52,961 nt of DNA from Escherichia phage mEp013, in the sequence record PP180002. One strand, written 5' to 3'. This document shows positions 1-8,610 of this stretch, piece by piece. Within the stretch, counting starts at the first letter, position 1, and every line of letters starts with the position of its first letter. Under the pieces are notes generated by a model that was not told where the DNA came from, did not search any database, and was given only the letters and a program-made list of their open reading frames with translations. Made by a program: the position numbers and the translations under genes.

Positions 1-60
1 GTTTTTCGTCAGTCTACCCATTCAAAAGATAAGTAGGTAACGCCATTTCTATCATTTCAC

Positions 61-129
61 ATCGTGTCACATCGTTACCGCTTCACCTTGATTTTAAAAG
101 AAATATTTATTCTATCGTGTCATATCGTT
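61..129. repeat. two 16-bp direct repeats ATCGTGTCA(C/T)ATCGTT (61-76 and 114-129) upstream of int; candidate Int arm-type or regulatory sites
   Basis: Read directly; 15/16 identical copies 53 bp apart, related TCACATCGTG at 57-66. Confidence 0.35.
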
Positions 130-160
130 CCCCATTGTGTTACTATCCATGCGTAAAATG

Positions 161-182
161 TGTGTACCAAATAGTGACCAAA
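161..182. repeat. left copy of 22-bp direct repeat TGTGTACCAAATAGTGACCAAA (att-associated: core or Int arm site)
   Basis: 21/22 identical to 52891-52912; ends 3 nt before int ATG; itself two tandem ~11-mers GTG(T)ACCAAA. Confidence 0.45.
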
Positions 183-185
183 ATT

Positions 186-1385
186 ATGCTTACAGATACC
201 AAATTACGAAACATTCACGGCAAGCCATACGATGGCCCGGAAGAAGTACCGGACGCTGGCGGATTGTCTGCCAGGATAAGCCCGCGCGGAGTTATATCTT
301 TCCAGTACCGCTACCGATTCAACGGCAAGCCTCGACGGATGAAGATCGGCACATACGGAGAAATAACACTCAAGGAAGCGCGGGCGGCGGTGGCGGAGCA
401 TAAGGAAGTTCTAAACTCAGGTCGAGATCCATCGGTAGCAAAAAGAATGCGCCTTTCCCGCGTTACGACACGGGCAACGGTTGAGGATATTGTAATGGAG
501 TACATGGGATCGCCGCAGGCAAGGAACATGGTCAATTATAAGCAGGTTGAGGCCATGCTAGATAAGCACGTCATAAAACCATACGGTGGCTATATAGTCG
601 ATGATATGGACGCTATGATGTGGGAAGGTGTTTTTAGAAGGGTTGCTAATGGTGGCGCACCAGTTCAGGCAGGTATAGTTCTCAACAGAATGAAGGCCGT
701 AATAAAATACGCCATGCGCCGCCGCCGCGTGGATCGTGACGACATATCATTACTGTGCGTTAAAGACGTTGGCAAAAAACCAGCGCAAGGCAAGCGCGTT
801 TTGTCAATACAGGAGATCCACCATCTAATTAGCCTTGTAGACAGTTCAAAAATGGCGAGGCTGAATCAGATATTGATGAAGCTGATTATATTTACCGGGT
901 GCAGGACAAGCGAACTAACAAACGCAAGGCGAGAGCATTTCGATCTTGATAGCTGTGTGTGGACGGTTCCGGGTGCATTAAGTAAGAACAGGAATGAGTT
1001 TAAACGCGGCTTATCCGACGTTAGCGTGGCTTTATTGCGTGAGGCTATGGATCTGCATAGCTTTGATTTTGTCTTCGTTCCTGTGCTTTCTGGAAGGGAT
1101 GAAGCGGTGGACAGGAGCGTTCCTAAAACAGCAGCAAGGGATTTAATGATGAGGATGTGCGGCGAGCCGTGGTCGTGTCACGATCTACGCCGCACCGTGA
1201 GGACAAACCTTTCAGCGCTTGGCGTTGCGCCTCACGTCGCGGAAAAGGTTTTGGGGCATAAGCTGGCGGGGATGTTGGCTATATACGATCAGTATGACTA
1301 TGTGAGGGAACAAATAGAGGCGATGAATAAACTGGCTGATTATTACATGAAGCCCATTGATTTACAAAATGAAATAACGTCCTGA
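186..1385 (+). CDS. int: tyrosine recombinase, P4-type phage integrase
   Basis: N-terminus MLTDTKLRN..GGL and C-terminal HxLRRT-type region typical of P4-like integrases; ATG at 186 chosen inside longer ORF 117..1385. Confidence 0.9.
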   Translation: MLTDTKLRNIHGKPYDGPEEVPDAGGLSARISPRGVISFQYRYRFNGKPRRMKIGTYGEITLKEARAAVAEHKEVLNSGRDPSVAKRMRLSRVTTRATVEDIVMEYMGSPQARNMVNYKQVEAMLDKHVIKPYGGYIVDDMDAMMWEGVFRRVANGGAPVQAGIVLNRMKAVIKYAMRRRRVDRDDISLLCVKDVGKKPAQGKRVLSIQEIHHLISLVDSSKMARLNQILMKLIIFTGCRTSELTNARREHFDLDSCVWTVPGALSKNRNEFKRGLSDVSVALLREAMDLHSFDFVFVPVLSGRDEAVDRSVPKTAARDLMMRMCGEPWSCHDLRRTVRTNLSALGVAPHVAEKVLGHKLAGMLAIYDQYDYVREQIEAMNKLADYYMKPIDLQNEITS

Positions 1386-1561
1386 TAACGGTAAAGAGAG
1401 CCGCCGCGCTTTAACGCTGGCATTCCCTTAACAGGTTCCGGAAAAGGAGTTCCGGAATCTTTCCATTTTTTAACCAGTTTAAAAAATGCTGACTTACTAA
1501 GCCCGCCTAACATTTTTTGCACTTGCTCGCGATTAATAAGTATTGTGCCGATTTTATCCAT
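1343..1561 (-). CDS. putative excisionase / AlpA-like HTH protein
   Basis: 72 aa, Xis/AlpA-like pattern (LINREQVQKMLG..FPEPVK..RGGSLYRYQDV); RBS GGGGA; TAATG coupling with upstream gene; convergent overlap with int 3' end lowers confidence. Confidence 0.4.
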   Translation of the reverse strand: MDKIGTILINREQVQKMLGGLSKSAFFKLVKKWKDSGTPFPEPVKGMPALKRGGSLYRYQDVISFCKSMGFM

Positions 1562-2208
1562 TATCTTTTCCCCGTGTATTCAACGTGTCCGATACATCCA
1601 TCAATAATAGCTTGCGCCATATTGCGGTAGTCGCACGAAAAATCGTTGTCGCGGTTAAAGTTAATCTCTTTCGCCGCATCTTCACCGATAACCTTAGTGG
1701 CCAGTGCGAAAGCAATTTCAGCAAGTGCTTTTTCTTTCGGATCTATCCAGCGACGATACCTAAAACTACTCCATCTTGCTGTTTCTTCACATTTTCCATT
1801 CCTTCTAACAAATATCCCTAATTCATCGCCAGTAAAAATATATTTAGCCACGCAGTATACAGGGGCAAATTCTCCTGGGTAAAATTCTAGCCATACATCT
1901 AATGGTGGTCTTTCCCCTTGCTGCCATTCCTCGGCTTTTGGTTTATCGCAATCATGTCGCTCATCTTCGATTAATTCATCAATAATCTTACTTTCTTTAT
2001 TCATACCGTCATCATCCTTTTCATGGAAACGTATAAAGCGCCACGTATTAGCCATCAACGTATAAGATTCGCCACCAACCTTAGATCCTGCGTAATACTC
2101 CGTACCAAAATCGTAATAACTAGAAAACGTTGTTACTTCAAAAGGCGGAATATCAACACGGAAGCGGTGGATCATTGTTCCTATTGCAGAAGGTGTTTTG
2201 CTTGTCAT
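1561..2208 (-). CDS. hypothetical protein (215 aa), cargo next to int/xis
   Basis: Long ORF with RBS GGTGG; no recognisable motif. Confidence 0.6.
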   Translation of the reverse strand: MTSKTPSAIGTMIHRFRVDIPPFEVTTFSSYYDFGTEYYAGSKVGGESYTLMANTWRFIRFHEKDDDGMNKESKIIDELIEDERHDCDKPKAEEWQQGERPPLDVWLEFYPGEFAPVYCVAKYIFTGDELGIFVRRNGKCEETARWSSFRYRRWIDPKEKALAEIAFALATKVIGEDAAKEINFNRDNDFSCDYRNMAQAIIDGCIGHVEYTGKR

Positions 2209-2209
2209 G

Positions 2210-2371
2210 TTACGCCACCGTTACATTGTCAACTTTGATAAAGTATTCAGGGTGATTTTCTATTTCGTGCTTGAAGTGCGCGTGACACAGTCGCCAATCA
2301 CGCGCCTGATTGTGAAAATAGTAAACGTATTCGCCATCAATCTTGTATAAAATGCCTGTAGGTTTAGCCAT
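2210..2371 (-). CDS. hypothetical small protein (53 aa)
   Basis: Hand-translated MAKPTGILYKIDGEYVYYFHNQARDWRLCHAHF...; fills gap between NinB and next gene; no clear SD. Confidence 0.3.
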   Translation of the reverse strand: MAKPTGILYKIDGEYVYYFHNQARDWRLCHAHFKHEIENHPEYFIKVDNVTVA

Positions 2372-2378
2372 GTAATAA

Positions 2379-2816
2379 TTAACCATTATTGCCCCAGCGT
2401 TTTATAAATTCCTCGTTTAACTTCGTATCGCCAGACCACTGAACACCATGTTCAGCGCCGAACGAGTAGATCAGTTCGATTAATTCGCTAAATTCTGCTT
2501 TACTCATCCGGCTGGTTGACGTACCCAGCACAACAAACCCTGATTTATCCAGGTTAGGGACAACGCCATATTTCTTAAGTCCGGCAGTAAATACCGCTTT
2601 CCAATCTTCCGGTGACAGCTTTTTGCCGTACCAATTAACCTGATCGCTAACGTCTGTCAGCAGCGCCCAAAGCAACGCGTTTTGACTCAGTGAGCGTGTT
2701 TTCTCCTTGATGGTAATTACCAGTGGGCTTTTGCTATCAGGCTGGATCTCCTTTATCTGCCTGATAGCGTTTTCTTTTACGGCGTCGTTTACTATTTCAA
2801 ATCTTATCTGCCTCAT
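2379..2816 (-). CDS. ninB: NinB-family recombination protein
   Basis: 145 aa; close match in length and motifs to lambda NinB as recalled (SLSQNALLWALLTDVS, VVPNLDKSGFVVLG). Confidence 0.8.
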   Translation of the reverse strand: MRQIRFEIVNDAVKENAIRQIKEIQPDSKSPLVITIKEKTRSLSQNALLWALLTDVSDQVNWYGKKLSPEDWKAVFTAGLKKYGVVPNLDKSGFVVLGTSTSRMSKAEFSELIELIYSFGAEHGVQWSGDTKLNEEFIKRWGNNG

Positions 2817-3010
2817 AATACACCGTTGCTATTTTTCCACTGTGCCCGCGCATACATGATCGCCCGCAAAGAAATTAGGCGCGAGCTTGTCATAAAAGCG
2901 CTTTTTAAGTACCTCATATCAACCACAACAGGTTTATCAGGATCGTCGCCGCGCATGTATTCCGCAATTGTGCTTAAGTCTTCAACGGTTAAATCTAACT
3001 CTTTATTCAT
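2813..3010 (-). CDS. hypothetical protein (65 aa)
   Basis: ORF with RBS AAGGGG; ATGA-type overlap with ninB. Confidence 0.5.
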   Translation of the reverse strand: MNKELDLTVEDLSTIAEYMRGDDPDKPVVVDMRYLKSAFMTSSRLISLRAIMYARAQWKNSNGVL

Positions 3011-3019
3011 GATCGCCCC

Positions 3020-3226
3020 TTACACAATCCGCATTGTGTTTCGTAATTCACCGCGCAACGCCTGCAAAGCGTAACTAATTGGCACAAAAGCACGGTTAAA
3101 TTTTACGTGCCTGTACTTGCGCATAAGTGGAGGTGTATAAACCATCGCACCGCAAGAATTGCATGGAAATGTAAAGTGAGATTCGTCAATGAATGTTTCA
3201 ACTGAATAAAAAATTACCCGTCTCAT
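3020..3226 (-). CDS. hypothetical protein (68 aa)
   Basis: ORF in operon context; start overlaps upstream gene end. Confidence 0.45.
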   Translation of the reverse strand: MRRVIFYSVETFIDESHFTFPCNSCGAMVYTPPLMRKYRHVKFNRAFVPISYALQALRGELRNTMRIV

Positions 3227-3780
3227 AATTCCAACCCCGTTTCGCCGTTAAGTTTTTCAATCTCAAATACTGGTTTATCAGGTAGCAGGCCGTTATTTTT
3301 CCGGTATTCGTTCAGACGGCTGTCAAAGTCAAACGCCAAATCATTGGCGTGACCAAATCGACCAGGTTTAAACAGTGAGTAAAAATTAACCCCGTGTCTA
3401 TTTGGATCAACGCAAAGCGTTTCATCAATCACCATTAAACGCAGAGTACGAGAAAGATAATTCCACGGTATTCCCGTTTCAGCGCTAATGTCGCGCATAC
3501 GCTTTTTAACGCTGTAGTCACCAAATAACGACGCGACACGCTCACGACGTTCAGCATATAACTGTTTGATACGATAACCCAGCAGACGGCGGCGGCGTCC
3601 AAAACATGTATACACGCGCTCGACGATACCGTTTTTTATTAAGTGTTTAATTGTCTCAGGCAGTAACCCGTCTTTGTCATATCCAGCCAATAACCCCGTT
3701 TTATTGCGTAACTGGTGCATTGTTGCGATGCCATCAAGTTCAAGGATATTGATAACTTTTGTTTCAAGTTCAGCGCTCAT
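3223..3780 (-). CDS. hypothetical protein (~185 aa; start uncertain, ORF extends to 3816)
   Basis: ATG at 3780 has GAGG RBS; GTG at 3816 lacks one. Confidence 0.55.
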   Translation of the reverse strand: MSAELETKVINILELDGIATMHQLRNKTGLLAGYDKDGLLPETIKHLIKNGIVERVYTCFGRRRRLLGYRIKQLYAERRERVASLFGDYSVKKRMRDISAETGIPWNYLSRTLRLMVIDETLCVDPNRHGVNFYSLFKPGRFGHANDLAFDFDSRLNEYRKNNGLLPDKPVFEIEKLNGETGLEL

Positions 3781-3859
3781 TGCTTTTAGCCTCATTAAAA
3801 ACGCGATAACAGCCACCAGAAAGCGGTAAACTTTCCGGTAAGCCGTTTGCTCATATTGA

Positions 3860-5275
3860 TTAAAAAGATGCGTTATTCTGATTGTTTCGTTGGTTAAAAC
3901 GGCTTGTGCGATGATTCATTGACTGAATGCACGCGGCAGCGGCCCTGCCCTGGTCGCATGGTATGATGTTGCCGTTATCGTCAAACCGCTGGTAGACAGT
4001 CCCCGTTTTCCCGTGACGGTTTTTCGATACAATGATTTCCATATATTCGCGGGCAACAGACTGCTCATCGTAGTAGCCATCGCGGTACACCATGATGATC
4101 CTGTCAGCGTCCTGTTCAAGATTGCCGGAATCACGAAGATCCGAATTGTTAGGACGCTTGTTCGGTCGTTCCTCAACGCGGCGGGATAATTGCGCCAGCG
4201 CCAGCACCGGTACGCGCAATTCTTTCGCCATCATCTTCAACGACCATGACAATTGCCCTACGGCGAGATCATGACGTTCAGCCTTAGCCAGCTTCATCAA
4301 CCCGATGTAGTCAATCATTACCATACCCATGTTGGGATGTTCCTGTTTCATCCGTTCCGTGGTGGCGCGTATTTCCTCAACCGTTAACTGCGACGCGTCA
4401 ACGATCCACACATCAAGATTAGCAAGTGCGCTCATACCCTGGCCGACATGCGCCCACCCCTCATCATCAAGTTTTACCGGATTGCGCAGGCAGTCAGTTG
4501 ATAAATTTCCAGCGCCAGCTATGGCGCGCTCAGTCATCTGATCGAGCGACATTTCAAGCGTGAAGAACAAAACGCCAACCCGCTGATCCTTGCTGCCAGG
4601 GTAAGGGCGTTCAGCAGCAGCGCGGGCAATTGCCAGCGCCAACGCAGATTTACCAGACCCAGGGCGTCCGGCGAGAAGCACCAGATCAGTAGCGTTAATG
4701 CCGCCTAACATTTCGTCGAGTGGTTCTATCCCTGTTTTGATGTTGTCAGAATTGACACCGCACTCCATGCGCTTACTTAAAACTTCTGTGTACTCCTGGA
4801 CAGCATCGCGCAACAGAACAGGGATAATCTTGTCTTTAGTTACCTTTAATTTTGAATACCGGGAATCAAAATCTTTCATCGTCTCTTTGACGACCTCAAG
4901 CGTCCCCGTCTCCAGTTTGTAGCGCATATCGTCGATGAGTTCTAACATCTGCCGACGCTGGTGCTCTTCACGTAATAGCTGTGCGTATCCCTTCAGGTTG
5001 GCAGCAGAAGGACACGATCGCGCCGTTTGCATCAGCGGTACAAAATTTTCGTTGCCAATCTCATCACCAACCAGCAAGGCGTCGATAAGATTCCTGTTTC
5101 TGGCTTGCGCCCTGATAATTTCAAACGCACGTTTATACAGCGGAATCGTGAACACTTCAGGATCAAGAGTGGCGAGAACATCTTGCGCGTTAGGAGTTAG
5201 GCCGCCTAACAGCAGCCCGCCGATAACTGACGCTTCACGTTCCTGCCGTAGTGAGTTTATTTGCTCAGTTACCAT
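3860..5275 (-). CDS. replicative DNA helicase, DnaB family
   Basis: 471 aa; DnaB N-terminal signature SVIGGLLLG and Walker A GRPGSGKS. Confidence 0.9.
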   Translation of the reverse strand: MVTEQINSLRQEREASVIGGLLLGGLTPNAQDVLATLDPEVFTIPLYKRAFEIIRAQARNRNLIDALLVGDEIGNENFVPLMQTARSCPSAANLKGYAQLLREEHQRRQMLELIDDMRYKLETGTLEVVKETMKDFDSRYSKLKVTKDKIIPVLLRDAVQEYTEVLSKRMECGVNSDNIKTGIEPLDEMLGGINATDLVLLAGRPGSGKSALALAIARAAAERPYPGSKDQRVGVLFFTLEMSLDQMTERAIAGAGNLSTDCLRNPVKLDDEGWAHVGQGMSALANLDVWIVDASQLTVEEIRATTERMKQEHPNMGMVMIDYIGLMKLAKAERHDLAVGQLSWSLKMMAKELRVPVLALAQLSRRVEERPNKRPNNSDLRDSGNLEQDADRIIMVYRDGYYDEQSVAREYMEIIVSKNRHGKTGTVYQRFDDNGNIIPCDQGRAAAACIQSMNHRTSRFNQRNNQNNASF

Positions 5276-5293
5276 TATGTCATTACCTCATGT

Positions 5294-6412
5294 TTACAAA
5301 ATGGAAAATTCAGGGTAATAAACAAAGCGCCCGATCTCCCCATGATCCGGGCTGTAAATAATAACCGCTGCCAGACGCCGCGACCGCCAGCCGCCATTAG
5401 TTGAGTAAGCGTCTTTACCCGCTAACGTGCCGTGATACTCAACAACGCCTAACGATGATTCGATTAGCCGTTGATGGTGCCAGTGCCCGCAATGAGCGTA
5501 AACCGCCGCAGACTTGCCAAAATCCTCACGCCAGTCAGCTACGCAAGCAGACAATAAATTTTCCGGCTTTTTGATAGTGTGCCCGTGGTGGTAAGCAAGG
5601 AATGTTTTTCCGTACTGTGTGTGGTGGACGATGGCAGGGGACACATCAACCGTCACGCGCGGTTCATCTTCGTAAAAAGCAGCCAGCGCCGCACGTAGCC
5701 AGATCATTCCTGACTGGTCGTGATTGCCGGATAACACCTGGATTTCAACATCCTTATGATTTAATAACATCTTCCCTACCGCCCGCCGGACCGACCGGAT
5801 CGCTACATAAACAAGTTTTGCGTAGCGACTATCTTGATCAAGAATGTGCCCGCTTGTTGGAGTCACCGGGACCATGCCGTCAGAGTGAAGCAGATCCCCA
5901 CCGAGAAGCAATACAGCTTTTTCAGACATCGGCGCAGCGCCTACAGCGTAGTCAAAGAAGTCATTCAACACGCGCTCAGCAATCCCAGTGTCGTAGCTCT
6001 CGCCACATTCGGCTTTATGAGCAAGCGCCCCGATATGCAGATCAAATACCGGATAAAGGGCCAGGCTTTTTTGAAAATCAATTTCAGGCACTGGCACGGC
6101 ATCCGCGCGTGGTATTTCCTCCGTGAATGCGTCGCAGGCAGCTTCCATTAGCCTTTCCATTTCATCACGGTCACGGGCTGTTTTAATCCAGCGCATGATC
6201 ACATTGCCGTTCTTATCGACTAGTAACGACTCGCCATTGACGCCAAAACCAGGCGCGCGGCGTGTTGACAATAAACCGCGTTTAGCCAGCTTTGCGCCAA
6301 GACGCTCGACGTTGCGTTTTGACATGCCATATTTTTCGGCGATCTGTTTATACGTTAAACCATTGTTATATTCAGCGATCAATTGCTCATCGCTGATTTT
6401 TCTTTGTGACAT
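5294..6412 (-). CDS. HTH domain fused to calcineurin-like metallophosphoesterase
   Basis: N-terminal HTH (LTYKQIAEKYGMSKRNVERL); phosphoesterase motifs GDLLHSD, SGNHD, GHWHH; RBS GAGGA. Confidence 0.75.
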   Translation of the reverse strand: MSQRKISDEQLIAEYNNGLTYKQIAEKYGMSKRNVERLGAKLAKRGLLSTRRAPGFGVNGESLLVDKNGNVIMRWIKTARDRDEMERLMEAACDAFTEEIPRADAVPVPEIDFQKSLALYPVFDLHIGALAHKAECGESYDTGIAERVLNDFFDYAVGAAPMSEKAVLLLGGDLLHSDGMVPVTPTSGHILDQDSRYAKLVYVAIRSVRRAVGKMLLNHKDVEIQVLSGNHDQSGMIWLRAALAAFYEDEPRVTVDVSPAIVHHTQYGKTFLAYHHGHTIKKPENLLSACVADWREDFGKSAAVYAHCGHWHHQRLIESSLGVVEYHGTLAGKDAYSTNGGWRSRRLAAVIIYSPDHGEIGRFVYYPEFSIL

Positions 6413-6445
6413 AGTGTTATTTCCTCTGGTTTACATTTTGTATAT

Positions 6446-6982
6446 TCATTGACAGCAAACAATCTCTTTATATGCCTCTTCTACCATGTCGAATACTTCC
6501 GGCCTGTAATAGAAAAACTCATTGCTGCCATCAAATTTTACAGGAAAGTTAATTTTATAATTGCTGAAATATTTATGCATCGTGCTTTCTAGTTTATGTA
6601 TATTTTCGGTTGACCCTTCTAACGTTTTCACGATACACAAATCAGGGATTCTAACGCCTGCTTTATGTGCGCTTTTTAATATTTCATTTCTTCGCTCGTT
6701 ATCCTTAACGCTTACACCGATTTTCATTTGTGTAGGTAATTCCAGATCATCAACCATGATGTAAAGTTTGCCATACTCATAACTAAGGAAACCGTATTTC
6801 GCGCATTTTGGGCAGCCGCGCCCGCGCTTAAGGTCGCTAGGAGTAGCCGACCACTCATGATCACAAACCTTACAGCGGCATGATACTTTTGTTTTGCAAT
6901 TGATAATTTCTCCCAACACTTCAACATTGGGGTTAATTCTTGAGATAGCGGCAACTTGCTCCTTATGAGTTAACTTGCGCAT
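6446..6982 (-). CDS. zinc-ribbon plus GIY-YIG-like (T5orf172/MUG113-type) protein, single-repeat paralog of 39479..40789
   Basis: One LTHKEQVAAI..C.C..C.HEW..GCPKC repeat then GKLYIMVDD..KIGVS..ERRN..EFFYY domain shared with the 436-aa protein; ATG at 6982 has RBS AGGAG. Confidence 0.7.
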   Translation of the reverse strand: MRKLTHKEQVAAISRINPNVEVLGEIINCKTKVSCRCKVCDHEWSATPSDLKRGRGCPKCAKYGFLSYEYGKLYIMVDDLELPTQMKIGVSVKDNERRNEILKSAHKAGVRIPDLCIVKTLEGSTENIHKLESTMHKYFSNYKINFPVKFDGSNEFFYYRPEVFDMVEEAYKEIVCCQ

Positions 6983-7115
6983 TGTCATAGCTCCTAAAAA
7001 CGCATCAGACGCGCTACAACGCAAAAAATCCCACCGCGTAACCCACTTGTAAGGGTGCAGTGTCTTTTTTGCGCCAGAAGCGCAATCAGGTGGCTAATTT
7101 TTGATTTACAGACTG

Positions 7116-7217
7116 GTAGGTATGTTATGGATTGACTAGAAGGAACAAACCGCCGAACAAAGCGACGTTAACAGCAATTGCCGCAGCGATGGCAAAAGCC
7201 AGGGCGAAAACGTGTTT
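7116..7217 (-). CDS. small hydrophobic membrane peptide (33 aa)
   Basis: Hand-translated MDGKHVFALAFAIAAAIAVNVALFGGLFLLVNP; RBS GAGAGGA; below the 60-aa ORF-track cutoff. Confidence 0.4.
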
Positions 7218-7359
7218 ACCGTCCATTTTTAAATCCTCTCTGTAACGCTCTATAACGAGCTAATCGCAAAAAGGTATGCAAGTGTAGCACCCAATGCTTT
7301 TTAGCTCGCTGGTGAGCTTGTTTTGTGGGTAATTTTGGATTTTTGTGTATTGTGGTTGG

Positions 7360-8358
7360 TCAAAGAGCGCCAGCGCGTGTATCACGTAGCGTTTTTGGTT
7401 TAAGCAGGAAATCAAGTGTCGCAGTAAAGCCATTGCCGAAGTAAAAATCTGAAGCCGTGTTTTTGAACGTTTCGAAGTAGGCAACAAAGCCGTTAATGCT
7501 TTTATCTTTCAGGTAGTCAGTGAACGCATAGATCTTTCGTTCAAGATCCCGATCCAGTTCAGCAGGTGGCAACAGGCCATCAAACGTGATGTTAAACTCT
7601 TCCACCACATCGGCAGCGCTTACAGTAGCTGTAACTCTTCGCCATTGTTCAGCCTTTGCCCGGTATTCATCAAAGCGGCTTACCCTGGCGATCTTTATCG
7701 GTTCCGGTTTAAACGACCATGTTTCCGCTATCCAGTCGATAACCATGATCAAATCTTCTTCAGTATATGCGCCTCGTGTTTTTGTTTTCTTCAGTAGGTT
7801 AACAAAGTATTTTTTCTCCTTATGCTTGCTATTAAACTTGTTGTTATAGTGATCGAGTACGCGCGACGCTGCCAAATCAGCCGCCCGATCTTCTTCGCTG
7901 ATAGACTCGTCTTTTTCCAATACACGAAGTGTATTGTTTTTAATGTTCTCTTTACTGGTTATATATGACTGGTTAGGGTGACTCTGTGACACTACCCCCG
8001 GTGACTCTGTGTCACTACCCTGGTGACTCTGTGACACTACCCCCGGTGTCACAGTGACACTACCATGTAATGACGGGAGGACTATTACATAGAAATTACT
8101 AGTTTGCTCTTTTCCTCCGATCAAGTATCTTGGTTGTTTAATCAACAACCCTTTTTCACAAAGTGAGTCTACAGCCCTCATAGCTGTTCTTTTGCTGATC
8201 TCACACTCCTTTGCTATGTGATGGTAAGAAGGGTAACACTCGCCGTTATCATTAGCGTTATCAGCTAACTTCAACAGCACTAGTTTGTGCATTGGGTCGC
8301 CGACCTCAGTATGGAAGACTTCTACCATTAGCCGCATACTCATAAGCATTAACCTCAT
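7360..8358 (-). CDS. replication initiator, lambda O-like (phage replisome organiser N-terminal domain) with internal iterons
   Basis: N-terminal wHTH (ISKRTAMRAVDSLCEKGLLIK); in-frame repeated GVVSQSH peptide encoded by four 22-bp iterons; start not resolved (8358 vs downstream ATGs). Confidence 0.75.
   Translation of the reverse strand: MRLMLMSMRLMVEVFHTEVGDPMHKLVLLKLADNANDNGECYPSYHHIAKECEISKRTAMRAVDSLCEKGLLIKQPRYLIGGKEQTSNFYVIVLPSLHGSVTVTPGVVSQSHQGSDTESPGVVSQSHPNQSYITSKENIKNNTLRVLEKDESISEEDRAADLAASRVLDHYNNKFNSKHKEKKYFVNLLKKTKTRGAYTEEDLIMVIDWIAETWSFKPEPIKIARVSRFDEYRAKAEQWRRVTATVSAADVVEEFNITFDGLLPPAELDRDLERKIYAFTDYLKDKSINGFVAYFETFKNTASDFYFGNGFTATLDFLLKPKTLRDTRAGAL
7977..8066. repeat. four ~22-bp iterons GGTGACTCTGTGACACTACCC inside the O-like gene (candidate origin of replication)
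   Basis: Direct repeats at 7977, 8000, 8022, 8045, each with an internal inverted GTGAC/GTCAC; mirrors lambda ori inside O. Confidence 0.7.
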
Positions 8359-8364
8359 GACGAA

Positions 8365-8610
8365 CTAAAACATTAACTGATAAACACAGAAGAAACCTGG
8401 CAGCTGACTGATTAGGCCGCTTCTTTTCAGTTGATGCAGTGCAGAGATAGTGTCACGTAACGAAATTTCGCACATTTCAGCGATTTCTTCCGGCGTTACT
8501 TCGCTTTTGCCGTTGCATCCGGCCTTTGTTGCCAGTGCAATTAAGATGAGTTTTTGCGTCGGATCATTGTTATTCAGGCGAATATCAAAAGCCTTGCGAA
8601 CGTAATACAT
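8365..8610 (-). CDS. Cro-position winged-HTH DNA-binding protein (81 aa)
   Basis: First gene divergent from cI; RBS AGGAGAAAG; aligns with N-terminal domain of the O-like protein (DP.QKLILI..EISLRD); may be Cro- or CII-like. Confidence 0.55.
   Translation of the reverse strand: MYYVRKAFDIRLNNNDPTQKLILIALATKAGCNGKSEVTPEEIAEMCEISLRDTISALHQLKRSGLISQLPGFFCVYQLMF

Noticed and set aside
117-185. Upstream extension of the integrase ORF (MSYRSPLCYYPCVKCVYQIVTKIM)
   Set aside because: The canonical P4-type N-terminus begins at MLTDTKLRN (ATG 186); the extension would place the 22-bp repeat inside the coding sequence and has no RBS support.
5602-6452. Plus-strand ORFs overlapping the phosphoesterase gene (5602..6126, 5834..6151, 6123..6452)
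   Set aside because: Antisense to a motif-supported gene; no RBS; Arg/Ser-rich translation typical of antisense frames.
7977-8066. Possible CRISPR-like array
   Set aside because: Only four ~22-bp repeats without unique spacers, in-frame inside the initiator gene: iterons, not CRISPR. No CRISPR array elsewhere in the window.
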